Assembly: GCF_006345805.1 (NCBI RefSeq)
Contig: NC_042997.1
Coordinates: forward strand, 90,210,001-90,274,000
Reading direction: 5' to 3'
Length of the DNA: 64,000 nt
Source of the DNA: Octopus sinensis
Lineage: Eukaryota
Shown: piece after piece, positions 23,426 through 35,769 of the stretch
Position numbering within the stretch: the first letter of the stretch is position 1
Layout of the letters: every line of letters starts with the position of its first letter
Made by a program: the position numbers and the translations under genes
The notes under the pieces: generated by a model
The model's database searches: none
What the model was told of the DNA's origin: nothing
What the model saw: the letters and a program-made list of their open reading frames with translations, nothing else

Positions 23426-23499
23426 GTGTTTCGGCCCTTCTTCCAAACACTCTACGAGAGTCGGGCTTACCCAGGTCATGACTCCCAGGTGTTCTCTTG

Positions 23500-23592
23500 C
23501 TGCTTTCCAAAATCCTGCCCCAGCAGGATTCAAACCTGGGTCATTCTTTTCTTGTTTTCTCAAGTCTGTATTTTAGACCACTAGGCCACGCT
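23500..23592 (-). mobile_element. tRNA-like SINE head fragment
   Basis: Minus strand gcgtggcctagtggtc (A box) ... ggtttgaatcc (B box). Confidence 0.55.
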
Positions 23593-23629
23593 GACCACCG
23601 AAGGAACTAGTTCTCTTCTTCCTTATATG

Positions 23630-24175
23630 TCCTATAAAGGGAATCTATAATTTTGTTCATTGATCATTTCTCTTTGCCCATATCCACATTGAGCTCTTTT
23701 CAGCAACATGAAACAAGCGTTTGGTTACGGCAGTTCTGCGGTTTTGATACACAACTGTCAGAGTAGCGGTAGGTTGAAGCTGCCACGAATCCTCGTGATA
23801 CAACTTCAACTAGTTTCACAGTACAATGGCAACCCTCACTCCCTAGCTGCCTCGCCAGCTCACCATATTTGCTCATCTTAAAGATGTACTGCTCTTCGAT
23901 GCAGCTCTCATATGGTACTTACAATTGAATAAGAACCACTTTGGCACTTTGTTCAGACCATAAGATGATGTCTGGTCTCAAGTCATTTTTGGTGATGAAT
24001 TCTGGGCAGTTATTATGCTTCTGTAGCTATTTTCCAGGTATCTTTGAGTCAAAGTAGGTCTCCAGCTGCCACAAATTCATATCTGGTTATCTTCTTCGCT
24101 CCAGCCCACTTCTTTCCTTCTTTGGTTACAAAGGCCACTTTTGATTTAGTTGTATCTCACTGCATTTGGCTAACA
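23630..24175 (-). mobile_element. HERO-like (RLE) non-LTR retrotransposon C-terminal fragment
   Basis: Minus strand LRPDIILWSEQSAKVVLIQL*VPYESCIEEQYIFKMSKYGELARQL..VEVVSRGFVAAS..MWIWAKR, matching the RPDI..ELTVP..K..KY..EVG.RG..WLW.KR pattern. Confidence 0.75.
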
Positions 24176-24597
24176 ATAATAGAGATAATTAAAAAATAAT
24201 ACCGATTGACTCATTGACATATGTAGGAGCGTAATTATTCAATCAGTGATTGGTAATATTTTTGTGGGTGCAAGGGACGGGAGACGCTTGCAAAGTCGCC
24301 ATCTTTAATATTCGTGGTCTGTCTGCTGAGATAGTAGTAAATACATCTTCCAGAAGTTTGTTTAATATTTTGACGAATGAGAGCAAGATTCCTTTAACTG
24401 GCGTTTGAGTTATCATTGCTGTTGTTGCAATTGTTATTTGGCTCCGAGTCGGCGCTTCAAGTAGATCAAAGATGATCAAATGTTGACCTGTGATAACCTG
24501 TAGTTGATAAGCATAGTAAATATATATCCCAATGTATACTTTTTAAAAGCACGCGTAGAGTGGTACACGTTGATGGTGTTAGTGTGCACCAAAAAAA

Positions 24598-25772
24598 TTC
24601 TTTTATTCCTTTACTGATTTCAATCATTTTGAATGCAGCCATGCTGGAGCACCGCTTTTAGTCGAGGAAATCGACTCCCAGGACTTATTCTATCTAAGCC
24701 TAGTACTTATTCTATCGGTCACTTTTGCTGAACCGCTAAGTTACGGGGACGTAATCAGATCGCTCCTTCCAAGTCCAAGTTAATGGTTCGCGGTTCGACG
24801 TCTCCAGTGCGAGCAGTGGCGTGCCTCAAGGTTCAGTGCTTGGGCTCTTCATAAATGACTTGCCCGACGACCTCACGCAACACACCCTTCTATTTGCCGA
24901 CGATGTCAAACTGGTTGCTCCTCGCGGTGATATAGAGGATCTTCGTCGATGCCTCCATCAAATTTGGAGATGGTCTAACGAATGGGACCTGTGTCTGAAC
25001 GTGTCAAAGTGCTGTCATCTGCCTGTCGGCTCTCCTCCTGCAACTCAACTTGATTTCGAGCCGGGTCGTCTGCTGCTAGAGAGGACCGATCAGGTAAAGG
25101 ACCTGGGTATCTTGGTGGATTCCTCCTTTTCGCCTTCGGCCCAGTGCGTCCATGCTGCCAACAAAGTACGCGGAATTCTGTTCTTGATTCGACGGTCATT
25201 CGGAATGCTATGTCACGCTGGTGAGACCCATATTGGAGTACGGGATTCAAGCCTCTTCTCCTTATCTCCTCAAAGACACAGCATCTCGAAAGAGTCCAGA
25301 AGCTGGCTACCCGCATGGTTCTTGGTCTCAAGAATTTGTCTTATGAAGAAAGGCTGAAGATGCTCGACCTTTATTCTCTAGAAAAACGACGACGCCGTGG
25401 GGATCTCATTCTTGCTCACAACATCATAAGCTAAGCGGAAAGTGTAACCTCTCGAAAGAGCTGTTCTTCACTCCTGCTCCAGAGCGTCGGCTGCGAGGTC
25501 ATTCCGAAAAGCTCTAACTGCGACGATTTCATCTCAATCGAAGGAGAGGGGCTTTCTCCATCCGGGTTGCGGATCCGTGGAATAATCTGCCAGACGAGAT
25601 GGTGAAGATGCCGACGACCGCTCGGTTCAAAGTCTCCCTTGACCTCAAGTGGCCTGAACTCTTTACATGAACATCACCCTGTACATAACTCCATGTCCCC
25701 CTACATGGCCTTGCTTTTTGCTTTTTGAGCCAAAAAATTAACTAACTAACTAACTAACACCAACGATGGTGG

Positions 25773-25804
<32 letters not shown>

Positions 25805-25979
25805 CACACACCACACACATAAATACGACAGACTTCTTTGAGTTTCCGTCTACCAAATCCATTCACAAGGCTAAGATCGGCCCGAGGCGATAGCAGAACA
25901 TATTTGCCCAAGGTGCCACGCAGTGGGACTGAAGCATGTGGTTGGTAAGCAAGCTTCTTACCATACAGCCACGCCTGCG
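24598..25979 (-). mobile_element. Family A SINE split by a CR1 insertion (halves 24598-24754 and 25758-25979)
   Basis: The 3' half ends at ...acggggacgtaa. The SINE resumes with accaacgatggtgg... after the LINE tail. Confidence 0.85.
24755..25758 (+). mobile_element. 5'-truncated CR1-clade LINE (RT C-terminal half, 3' UTR, (CTAA)n tail)
   Basis: SGVPQGSVLG..FINDLP..LFADDVKL..VKDLGILVD..LVRPILEYG..LERVQKLATR..YEERLKMLDLYSLEKRRRRGDLI..WNNLP, with several frameshifts and stops. The tail is aactaactaactaactaac. Confidence 0.92.
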
Positions 25980-26729
25980 TCGAAGATATGTAACGTTTAA
26001 GAAAGTGAGGAGGAAGGTTTTTACTACACAGCCATCGCCTGCTCCTAAGATATATTGAAGATATGTTAGGTTTAAGAAAGGGGGCAGCTAGTTTAGTAAT
26101 CGTACTGGGCGGCCAAAATCCGCCCCAAACCCACGTTACACTACTGCAGCTGAGTGGGATTTCGGTTGGATTTGCCTGGATTTCTAACAGGTTGAGAAAC
26201 TACATAAAGGTTTCTTGTTGCGGTTTTTAGAATTAAGTGTGACAGGAGATAAAAAAAAAGAATGTGAAGTTCCGAGTTCTCGTCTAGCGTCGTTCTAAGT
26301 TCCGAGGGTTTGTATTTATGTGCACTTCGTAGAGAACAACTACTGTAGACAAAGTCGAGTTGAGGCAGGGACAATGCCTGGTACTTAAACCAGAGCATGT
26401 AATGTTAAAAATAAGTACCATTTAATTTAATCAGTGTGTATAATATATATACATATATATGGTTCTAAAATAATCCTTCATTGAAGCAGCAGTAGTAACA
26501 ACAACAATAATACCGCCGCTGCTGGATTGTTTTTTTTTTATATACACGGCCTGAAACCAAGGTAAGGTTGTCATGGTTGGAATATATCTTTGATCATAAG
26601 CTTGCTCGATCAAGACTGACCTGGGGCTAAACAAAAATAATACCTCATGGCTAGAATGCCTTTTATCATCCATCTGCTCAGTACATTCTAACATGGAGTT
26701 AAACAACAACAACAACATTGCTAAATAAT

Positions 26730-26880
26730 CTTTTCTACTCTAGGCACAAGGCCCAAAGTCTTTTGAGGAGGGGGCCAGTCGATTAGATCGACCCTAGTAC
26801 GCAACTGGTACTTGATTTATCGACCACGAAAGAATGAAAGGCAAAGTCGACCTCGGCGGAATTTGAACTCAGAACGTAAA
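26730..26880 (-). mobile_element. Family D SINE, 5'-truncated
   Basis: Core aaggcaaagtcgacctcggcggaatttgaactcagaacgtaa. Confidence 0.8.
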
Positions 26881-28110
26881 ACAACGTTGCTAGATAATGT
26901 CTTCTAGCTACATTGTTTTGAAATTATGATATGGTAGTCACGGAAGGAATGTCATTGGTCATAGGCATACCCCATCAGAGTTTACTTAGCGTTAAAACAA
27001 CAAAAATGACCACCACCACATTTATCTATGATCGCTAACGTTTCAGGGTTTTTTTTCTTCTATGTATTTTCTGTTGACCAATCAAAATGCTTTAGCCGCC
27101 GTATAAGTCACGCCTCCTTTTAATGTTATGAGCAATAACTTTATAGCTTTCTATTCTTCTTACCCTTTGCGTGGTTACCAGCTCATTTTCCCTCTTTTAA
27201 AATCTTTCACAAAACTCTGTTTCCTCTTTCCTTCTGCAATCATAAACTCACCTTCTTCCACGATTGCCTCCCTTCCTTTCCATTCTCGTTTCACCATAAT
27301 AATCTTCCTCCTTTTCTTTTTCTTCTATAAACATTTTCCCACTCCTTCTTTCATCTCTGGTTTTTCTTCATCCTTCACCTTTCTTCTACTGCGTTATGTC
27401 TTTCCTTTCTTACTTTGACTGCTACCATTATTTTCCACCACTGCATTTCTTCGCATTTTCTGTAACAAATATAATCTCTTCATCCTCTCTTTCATTTCTT
27501 TATTCCCCCATCCATCTTTCTTTATTTTTACACTCTTAAACACAAACCTTCGCTCCAGTCTTTCTATCTACCCTGCGATCATTTCCTCCTTCTTCTCCCT
27601 TTCTTCACTCCTCTTACTGACAATATAGTCTATCCTTCCCCTTCTCCTCTCTTCGTTTTACGACCACCGCCATCTTCTAACAGCCTTCCATCACTACCAA
27701 CACCACCATATTTATATGCCAGCCATTGCAGGTCGTCATATAAAAACCACGAAGTGAACAGCAGATGTACAAGAAATTCGACACGGTTGTATTACCTTCT
27801 GCTCGGACATATTGTCGGGCATAATGTTAAAGCACAAAATATACACCAATAAACATACAAAACAAAATAAATACGAAATTTTAGTTTTCTCTGGGATCAG
27901 CGGGGTGCTGCAGTTGGACAAATATTATTTTTATTATTATATCGTGGTATATTGTATGTTTGTTTTATATACTGCGTTATGTTTCTGGCCATCACAAACG
28001 CCGCCACAACCATCACCACCATACGGCGTACCCCACTGTGTTTCCCTTTCCATACGACTCATTATTATTATTATTTTTATTGTTATTGCCCCTGTGGCTA
28101 ATAAAAGAAT

Positions 28111-28178
<68 letters not shown>

Positions 28179-28339
28179 GTTATTGTTATTGTTGTTGTAT
28201 CTTTATATAAGGAATTGATTTAGAAGACATGGTCTTGTTTTGGAGCAAGTCGGGTGGAGGGACTGTAATTCAATAGGGTGCAGGCGAAAGTATCGGGCCG
28301 TAAACCAAATCTGGTCAAAATATTATTCACTGGCAGTTT

Positions 28340-28352
28340 GTAGTTTAGTAGC

Positions 28353-28394
<42 letters not shown>

Positions 28395-28800
28395 GGCAGC
28401 AGTAGTACCAGTGTTGGTGTTGGTGGCAGTGGTGGTGGCGGCGGCGGTGGTAGTGGTGGTGGTCGTCGTAGTGGTGGTGGTGGTAGTAGTAGTAGTTGTG
28501 GTGGTGGTGATGGTAGTTGTAGTAGTAGTAGTAGTAGTGGCGGTAGTAGTAGTAGTAGTATAGTAGTAATAGTAGTAGTGGCAGCAGTAGTAGCAGTGTT
28601 GGTGTTGGTGGTAGTGGTGATGGCGGCGGCGGTTGTAGTGGTGGTCGTTGTCGTAGTGGTGGTGGTGGTGGTGGTAGTAGTAGTAGTGGTGGCGGCGGTG
28701 GTGATGGTGATGGTGGTAGTAGTAGTATTAGTAGTAGTAGTGGCGGTAGTGATGGTGGTGGTAGTAGTTGTTGTAGTAGCGTTGGTTAGTAGTGAAAGTA
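28340..28800. repeat. (GTA)n/(GTG)n compound microsatellite with a ~185-bp internal duplication
   Basis: gtggcagcagtagta.cagtgttggtgttggtgg.agtggtg.tggcggcggcggt.gtagtggtggt recurs at 28393 and 28578. Confidence 0.9.
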
Positions 28801-29869
28801 GTAGCCAATTTTTTCGAGTGATTAAAAGCTTTCCATCTTCCTGTCAAATTTATGGCAAACATACAACTATTTTATTTTTTCCCTACACGTAAGTGGATGC
28901 TTGGTTTTTAAGGGTTTTATTTTTGATATATGCATCATTTGTATTTTATTATGGTCTCAGATGGTTACAGAAGACCACAAACACATACACACATGCATAC
29001 ATACACACAAACACGCACACACAAAAATGCATATACGCACACACCACATGCATACATAGATACGTATATGCTTATACGCATACATACACGCATGTGCAAT
29101 GTGTATGAGTAAAGCAATGAAATAATGCATCTGGCTCCATGTAATTGTATATATGCATGAGGGCTGAACAGTGGTTATGTAGGTACACACACACACACAC
29201 ACAGACACACACGCACACACACGCATGCTCACACACACAACACACACACGCACAAACACGCGCACACGCAGCATACACACATACACGTACACACACAATA
29301 TACACACGCACAACACACGCACATACACAACTTACATATTCTCTCTCTCTCTCTCTCTTTTCACTTTTTCCATTTCTCTCTCTCCTTCTCTCCCCCGCTC
29401 ACCCTCTACCTCTCTCCCTCTCCCTCCCTCTCTCTCTCTCTCTCACACACACGCACACAAACATGAATATGTTATGATTTCGTATAGAAATATCAACAAT
29501 ATGAATGAATGAAAATGCTTCAAGACAAGTTTTGTTCTACATATTAACGTATTAAATACATATTGGTGCAGGTATGGTTATGTGGTTAAGGGGTCTCACT
29601 GTGCGGCACTATAGGCAAGTGTCATCTTTCTTTGTAGTGATCAAATCTACACTTCTCCCCATGCCCCAGACTACAATACAATATAGATAATGCACATGAG
29701 AGTGGATCTGATCATTAAAACCAACTTGTGAAAGCAATTGGCTTTTCTACTATGAGCCCAGATCCTTGTAAATGGATCGAAGCCCGTCATATACGCATGC
29801 ACGCACACACACACACACACATACATGTGTGTATATTTGTAAATAGTAAGGGATTACCCCAAACGCTTA

Positions 29870-30221
29870 CATGTTCGCTCTCAGTTTGATGCAAACCATC
29901 TTCTGCTAGTTCTTTCATTCAAGCATTCTTTCCCATAAACTGAGTGTATGTTTTGAGTCACTTCGGCTGCAGAGTTTCCTTTTTTGTACTCATAAAGCAT
30001 TATGTGCCTCAAATGCTCTTTGGATATTTCAATGTTAGAAAGGGTTTTAATCAAAGAAATTTTAATTCTATTATTCTGTAAAATAATATTTAATTAGTTT
30101 AAATGTACACAAATGCATAAAAATAATTTTTAATTCGATTAGACATTCTAAAATACTATTAAATTTCATTCAATTTAAAAAAAAGTTAAAATCGGACAGA
30201 ACTGATGGAATGACCTGATAT
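29870..30221 (-). mobile_element. Mariner 5' fragment with left TIR
   Basis: TIR tatcaggtcattccatcagttctgtccgatttt on the minus strand. Translation EISKEHLRHIMLYEYKKGNSAAEVTQNIHSVYGKECLNERTSRRWF (N-terminal HTH). Confidence 0.85.
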
Positions 30222-30287
30222 GTATGTATGTATATATATCAGGTCAGGTATATATATATCAGATATGTATGTATGTATGTATGTATG

Positions 30288-30319
<32 letters not shown>

Positions 30320-30349
30320 TGTATGTATGTATGTATGTACGTATGTATG

Positions 30350-31510
30350 TGTGTGTGTGTGTGGGGGGAGTGTTTGTCCCAGCGCTGCTTGATAACCAGT
30401 GCTGATTCATTTACACCCCTGTAACTTAGCGGTACAGCACTGGGGCTGAGTTGTTTGACCAAAACCTTCCAAGGCGGTGCTCCAGCACAGCTGTAGTTCA
30501 ATGACCAAAACAAGTAAAAGATTTTTAAAAAATCAAAAAAAAAAAAAAAAAAAATGAGAGAGATATGTGTACCGTTCATAAGATCAAATTCAAATGATAT
30601 GATAATCAGAATGCCAAAAGCTTGAAAGACTGAATGCTCAGAACACCAAATTTCGACATCTTAGTGGAAAATAATGTGCGGAAATGGGTTAAAAAGATAT
30701 TTATTTGCAGTTTTGAAAGGAGGTTTATTATAACACTTTTATTTTGCTGTTTCCAGAATAGCGAAGGAGAGCTAGATAGGGTGTGCATGTTTATTTACAA
30801 TAATTTTGGTACGAGACCAACTATTTTGAGGGGATGGGCAAGTTGAATACATCGATTTCAGTACTTGACTGGTATTTTATCACCCTGGTACGATAAAGGA
30901 CAAGGTTCACGTTGGTAGGATTTGAATTCAGAAGAGAAAGAGTCGCAAGAAATGCCGCAAAGCATTTTGACCAAGGCTCTAACGATTCTGTTAGCTCGTT
31001 GCCTTACAATACAATAAAAGACGATTTCAAATTTTGCTGTTAGGCCAGTAATTTTATAGCGAGTGCTCAACTTGTATTCATTTTATCGACCCTGAAATAG
31101 TGAAAGTTCAAGACAACCTCGGTAGAATTTGAGCTCAAAACGTAAAAAACCGGAATAAATGCTGCTAAGCATTTTGTTCTATGTCCTAACGATTCTGCTG
31201 GCTCGCAAACAATGACAGCAGTACCATTTCAGGGATACGACATCCAGGACATAAGCGAAATTCGAAATGGTTTATTTATTGAATATTTCTGTTCTTTACA
31301 ATTTCCATTTATTGAATAAGTTTCTTCTTTCTTTTAATACAAACATAAATATATCAAACGGTCGGAAGTCCCAATTTTATATGTCGATATTATATATACA
31401 AAGAAAGGCGGAGAGCTGGCAGAATCATTAGTATCTCAACCGGGCAAAATGCATACGGCATTTCGTCCATCTTTATGTTATGACTTTAAATTCCGCCGAG
31501 GTCTACGTTT
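30350..31510. mobile_element. SINE cluster (family A 3' half at ~30350-30520; tandem family D - at ~30795-31205; family D head + at ~31404-31510)
   Basis: Similarity to the other in-window copies. Confidence 0.75.
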
Positions 31511-31803
31511 CCTTAGAATAATATATTTCTTCTTAACCTTCTTTTTAATATATTCATGTACTATTTCAGTTTGCTTTGAATTTAACCTGCTTTGAGTTAC
31601 CTTGGTAACATTGTGTTAACGTAAATTTTCGGATTTATTGTTTTGACTGACCATATGTACCTTTTTTTCTTTAACTAAATATGGTGGCACAATAGAAACG
31701 ATCACCGGTAATGTCTGAAGTAATCATTAATTAAAAATGTGATTTTCACCATTTTTGTATGCACACACACACACACGCACACGCACGCACACACACACAC
31801 GCG

Positions 31804-31866
<63 letters not shown>

Positions 31867-31899
31867 GCACTCACACATGCATATATAATGAACTCCTTC

Positions 31900-32486
31900 G
31901 TCGAAAATGACGTATGAGTTTTCAGCTTTTGCCGAACGACTTGCACAGGTGACTTGTTTATAGTGATCAAATGTCCGTGCCGCACATTAGCTTACTCTCT
32001 TTATCGAATCGATGTTGCCTGAACAGGTGCACAGTGTGCCACGCGTCAGGTATCGAAGTGATCGCAGAGCAACGTGAGATGAAGTGTTTTGCTCAAAAAC
32101 ACAACGCACCACCCGGTCTAGGAATTGAAATCACGCTCTCACGATCATGGGTGCAACACTCTAACCACTAATATACTAATATATATATATTAGTACATTT
32201 GTACTTCATCGGTTACGAAGATGAGGGTTTCAGTTGATCCGATCAATGGATCAGCCAGCTCGTGAAATTAACGGGCAAGAGACCGAGCACTCCACAGACA
32301 CGCGAACCCTTAGCGTAGGGAGATTCAGCGTGACACCGAGTGTGACAAAGCTGGTCCTTTGATATACAGGTGCAATTTATTTTTGTTAGCTGAGTGGACT
32401 GGAACAACGTGAAATAAAATACCTCGATCAAAGACACAACGACTTTAAGATCGTGAGTCGAATACCCAAACCATTAAGACAAGTGC

Positions 32487-32490
<4 letters not shown>
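31900..32490 (-). mobile_element. Two family C SINEs with different 3' tails
   Basis: Both have the agcaacgtga.at.aa.tg..ttgctcaa.aacacaacg core; the tails differ. Confidence 0.8.
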
Positions 32491-32541
<51 letters not shown>

Positions 32542-32961
32542 TACATATATATATATACACACACACGCACATATATATATATTTATATATATGTATGTAT
32601 GTATATGTATGTATAATGTGTATGTAAGTACGTATGTAAGTATAAACACACATACATGCATACACACACACATATATGTGTATATGTGTATATATTTATA
32701 TATATATATTATAGATATGTAATTATAAGATTCAAAGATCTAAGCGTAGGAAGTTTGTAAGTTTCGAGCAATCTGCGGTAGGTACAAAAAAGCAACGTTG
32801 AGGAACAATAATAATTCATAGGCGTCGAAAATTTGAAATAGTAACCTTCGGCCTGACGAGTAGCTAGTTAAGTACCCCTCATTCAGTAATTATTACGTCA
32901 GACGATCTGCGATCCAGGAAACATATGTGGCTGGATTTTGCCTGTTTCACTTCCTCAATCT

Positions 32962-33004
<43 letters not shown>

Positions 33005-33049
33005 ATATATATAATATATATATATATATCCGAAATTAAGCCAACACTC

Positions 33050-33234
33050 CATATAATCTTTTCTGCTCTTGGTACAAGGCCTAGAGTAGTGGAAGGTGGG
33101 GGAAGTTGATAAATCTACTCCAGTACGCAACTGGTACTTAATTTATCGAAATCTGAAAGGATGAAAGGCAAAGTCGACCTCGGCGTAATTTGAACTCAGA
33201 ACGTAAAGACTTTTGTTTTTCTGTAAATTTAAAC

Positions 33235-33275
<41 letters not shown>

Positions 33276-33480
33276 TTTACTTATTTCAGGCATTTGATTG
33301 CGGCCATGCTGGAGCACCGCCTTGAAGGGTGTTTTTTCAGTTGCAGAAATCGACCCCAGGACTTATTCTTTGTAAGCCTCGTACTTATTCTATGGGTCAC
33401 TTTTGCCGAACCGCTGAGTTACGGGGGCGTAAACACACCAACGTCGGTTGTCAAGCGATGGCGGAGGGAACACATACTGA
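33050..33480 (-). mobile_element. Family D SINE (33050-33210) and family A 3' half (33270-33480)
   Basis: Similarity to the other in-window copies. Confidence 0.8.
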
Positions 33481-33518
33481 CCACACACATGCATAAATAT
33501 ATGCGTATATATATATAT

Positions 33519-33655
33519 ACCGGAGTAAACACATAAATGTGAAACAAGGTGGAAAAAAAGAGTACTCAAATACCAGGGGTAGAATAATATGCTTTATTTA
33601 AAAGCAGCAGATATTCAACAAAAGCTTTTGTTGAATTTCTGCTGCTATTAAATAG
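33519..33655 (+). mobile_element. ~135-bp element ending in a 60-bp fold-back palindrome (copy 1)
   Basis: Arms 33595-33624 and 33625-33654 match at 28 of 30 positions, centred on aaaag/ctttt. A second copy lies at 52306-52445 on the minus strand. Confidence 0.8.
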
Positions 33656-33679
33656 TATATATATATATATATATATATA

Positions 33680-33840
33680 TGTAGGTCCCGGGTTGAGTCG
33701 GAGTTAACCACAGTAAATAAGGTACTCAATAAATAAGGTACTCAGTAAATAAGGTACTTTTGACAGCCAGCTTCCTGAAGATTTCATCTGAATGAAACAG
33801 TTCTAGTCCTGTAGAAGCTCCTTCTATAAAATAAAATATA
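33680..33840 (+). mobile_element. Penelope-like terminal remnant with a 16-bp triple repeat and a hammerhead
   Basis: gtaaataaggtactca occurs three times (33713-33758), followed by the hammerhead. TA arrays flank both sides. Confidence 0.55.
33769..33819 (+). ncRNA. Type I hammerhead ribozyme motif with closed helix III
   Basis: AGCUUC-CUGAAGA-UUUC-aucu-GAAU-GAA-ACAG-uucuaguc-CUGU-A-GAAGCU. Helix I is 6 bp, the core is canonical, helix III is 4 bp, and the GUA site is at 33813/33814. The only defect is a U-U pair at 10.1/11.1. Confidence 0.78.
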
Positions 33841-33859
33841 TATACATATATATATATAT

Positions 33860-34025
33860 ATATACGACGAGTTTCTTTCAGTTTCAGTCTACCAAATCCA
33901 CTCACAAGGCTTTGGTTGGCCCGAGGCTATAGAAGAAGACACTTGCCTAAGGTGTCATGCAGTGGGACTGAACCCGGAACCATGTGGTTGAGAAGCAAGC
34001 TTCTTACCACACAGCCATACCTGCG
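33860..34025 (-). mobile_element. Family A SINE 5' half
   Basis: gtctaccaaatccactcacaaggctttgg..gcagtgggactgaacccggaaccatgtgg. Confidence 0.85.
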
Positions 34026-34414
34026 TCTATTGATATAACATCCTGGGAAGGGAGCTACACCAACGATACATTGCCTGAGACTGACGTAACCAAGTTGTAG
34101 GAGGAACTACATTTATGAATGCCGATACTCCATAAATTAGTGCAGATTATATACCTATTTAAGTCCATAATTTATATATTATAATTGTCATTTAATGTAC
34201 ACGCCCCTTTATAATACTCTCGTGCTAGCGAAAACACTATGCATGGTTAAACATGCGCGTGTTTAAATATAGATGCACGTGCCAAACCATATGCAGACAT
34301 GCGTCTGTGTATTTAGACTCTGCCTCGTATAGTTGTTTGCACGTGTAGTTAAATAGACATGGAATTCTATGAGTGACGTACGCGTCATGTATAATCTGGA
34401 ATTGCGTAAATGTT

Positions 34415-34643
34415 ATACTCTTTTACTCTTTTACTTGTTTCAGTCATTTGACTGTGGCCATGCTGGAGCACCTCCTTTAGTCGAGCAAATTGACCCCAGG
34501 ACTTATTCTTTGTAAGCCTAGTACTTATTCTATCGTTCTCTTTTGCCGAACCGCTAAGTTACGGGGACGTAAACACACCAGCATCGGTTGTCAAGCGATG
34601 TTGGGGGACAATCACAGACACAAACATATACACGCACACACAC

Positions 34644-34676
<33 letters not shown>

Positions 34677-34846
34677 CATATATACGACGGGCTTCTTTCA
34701 GTTTCCGTCTACCAAATCCACTCACAAGGCTTTGGTCGGCCCGAAGCTATAGTAAAAGACACTTGCCCAAGGTGCCACGCAGTGGGACTGAACCCGGAAT
34801 CATGTGGTTGGTAAGCAAGTTACTTACCACACAGCCACTCCTACGC
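34415..34846 (-). mobile_element. Full-length, well-preserved family A SINE
   Basis: Near-colinear reverse complement of 2344-2733. Confidence 0.92.
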
Positions 34847-35414
34847 CTCATGTTTGTGTATGAGTGTGTTATTTTCAAATATTTCGTTGTTTACTTCTGG
34901 TTCTCGCTCAATTCTTTTGACTAAGCGACAAGCTGAATATTTGAAACCAAAAGATTACTGGCGTATTCTGTGTTTAAAATTTAAATATTCACTCACACAC
35001 ACAAAAAATAATGTTTTACAAAATATCCAAGCATCATCTTTTATCTTTTTACTCGATTTAGTCACTGGCTAAGTTTATGGTGGAGCACATCTTGAAAGGC
35101 TTAGCAAAACAAATTTCTAAAACTCTGGAACTTCTATCAGTTTCTTTTGCTGAATAGTTAAGTCACAGAAGACGTAAGCAAACCAACACCGGCCGTCAAG
35201 TGGTGAAGAGGCGAAAACAAAGACATATACCCATACATACACATATGTCAAAGTGAGCTTCTTAACCACATAAATTTTGACACCATATCACTTTTCATTA
35301 ACCCTAAACTATATTTTTAAAAATCTGCTGCGCACTATATGAGAAATACCGATCTAAATGTTTGGGATATTTAGTTTCATTCTTCTATATTCTTTTTTAG
35401 ATTTTGTGTTCGAA

Positions 35415-35600
35415 TCCTATCGAAGCCGTCGACATTTTTCATCTATTAAGGAAGATCTCAAGAGGTTCAACATTCTCTTGGGGGATGCAGAGATGATACG
35501 AGACTACCAGCGATGTGGAGCACTGGTGGAAGGTGCTTCTGGGACCGTTAACCAGTGATGATTCCAACCTCACCAAGCGAGAGCATAATGCAAGCGAGTG
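35415..35600 (+). mobile_element. RTE-like LINE C-terminal fragment
   Basis: RRHFSSIKEDLKRFNILLGDAEMIRDYQRCGALV resembles the IKEDLK..NI...AE..A.DR..WR.LV terminus of RTE ORFs. Confidence 0.5.
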
Positions 35601-35769
35601 GTGATGGTTACTCGATACAAGACCAGTCAATACAGTCAACTACGTATCCCTCCTTATAAATAGGTGACCATACAACAATGGATTGTGAAGCCCTAAACTA
35701 GCTTACTTCGCTTGTTTATCTTGTTTAGCAGGTGTCCAAATCTAGATTGATTCGCAGATATCATAACCT

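Noticed and set aside
24821-25357. 178-aa RT ORF as a functional reverse transcriptase (for example a retron-like or domesticated RT)
   Set aside because: It is 5'-truncated and frameshifted, has downstream stops, and ends in a LINE tail inside a SINE. It is an ordinary dead CR1 copy.
32826-32880. Possible type II hammerhead (GAAA UAG UA ACCUUCGGC CUGACGA)
   Set aside because: Helix II cannot form, and helices I and III are marginal.
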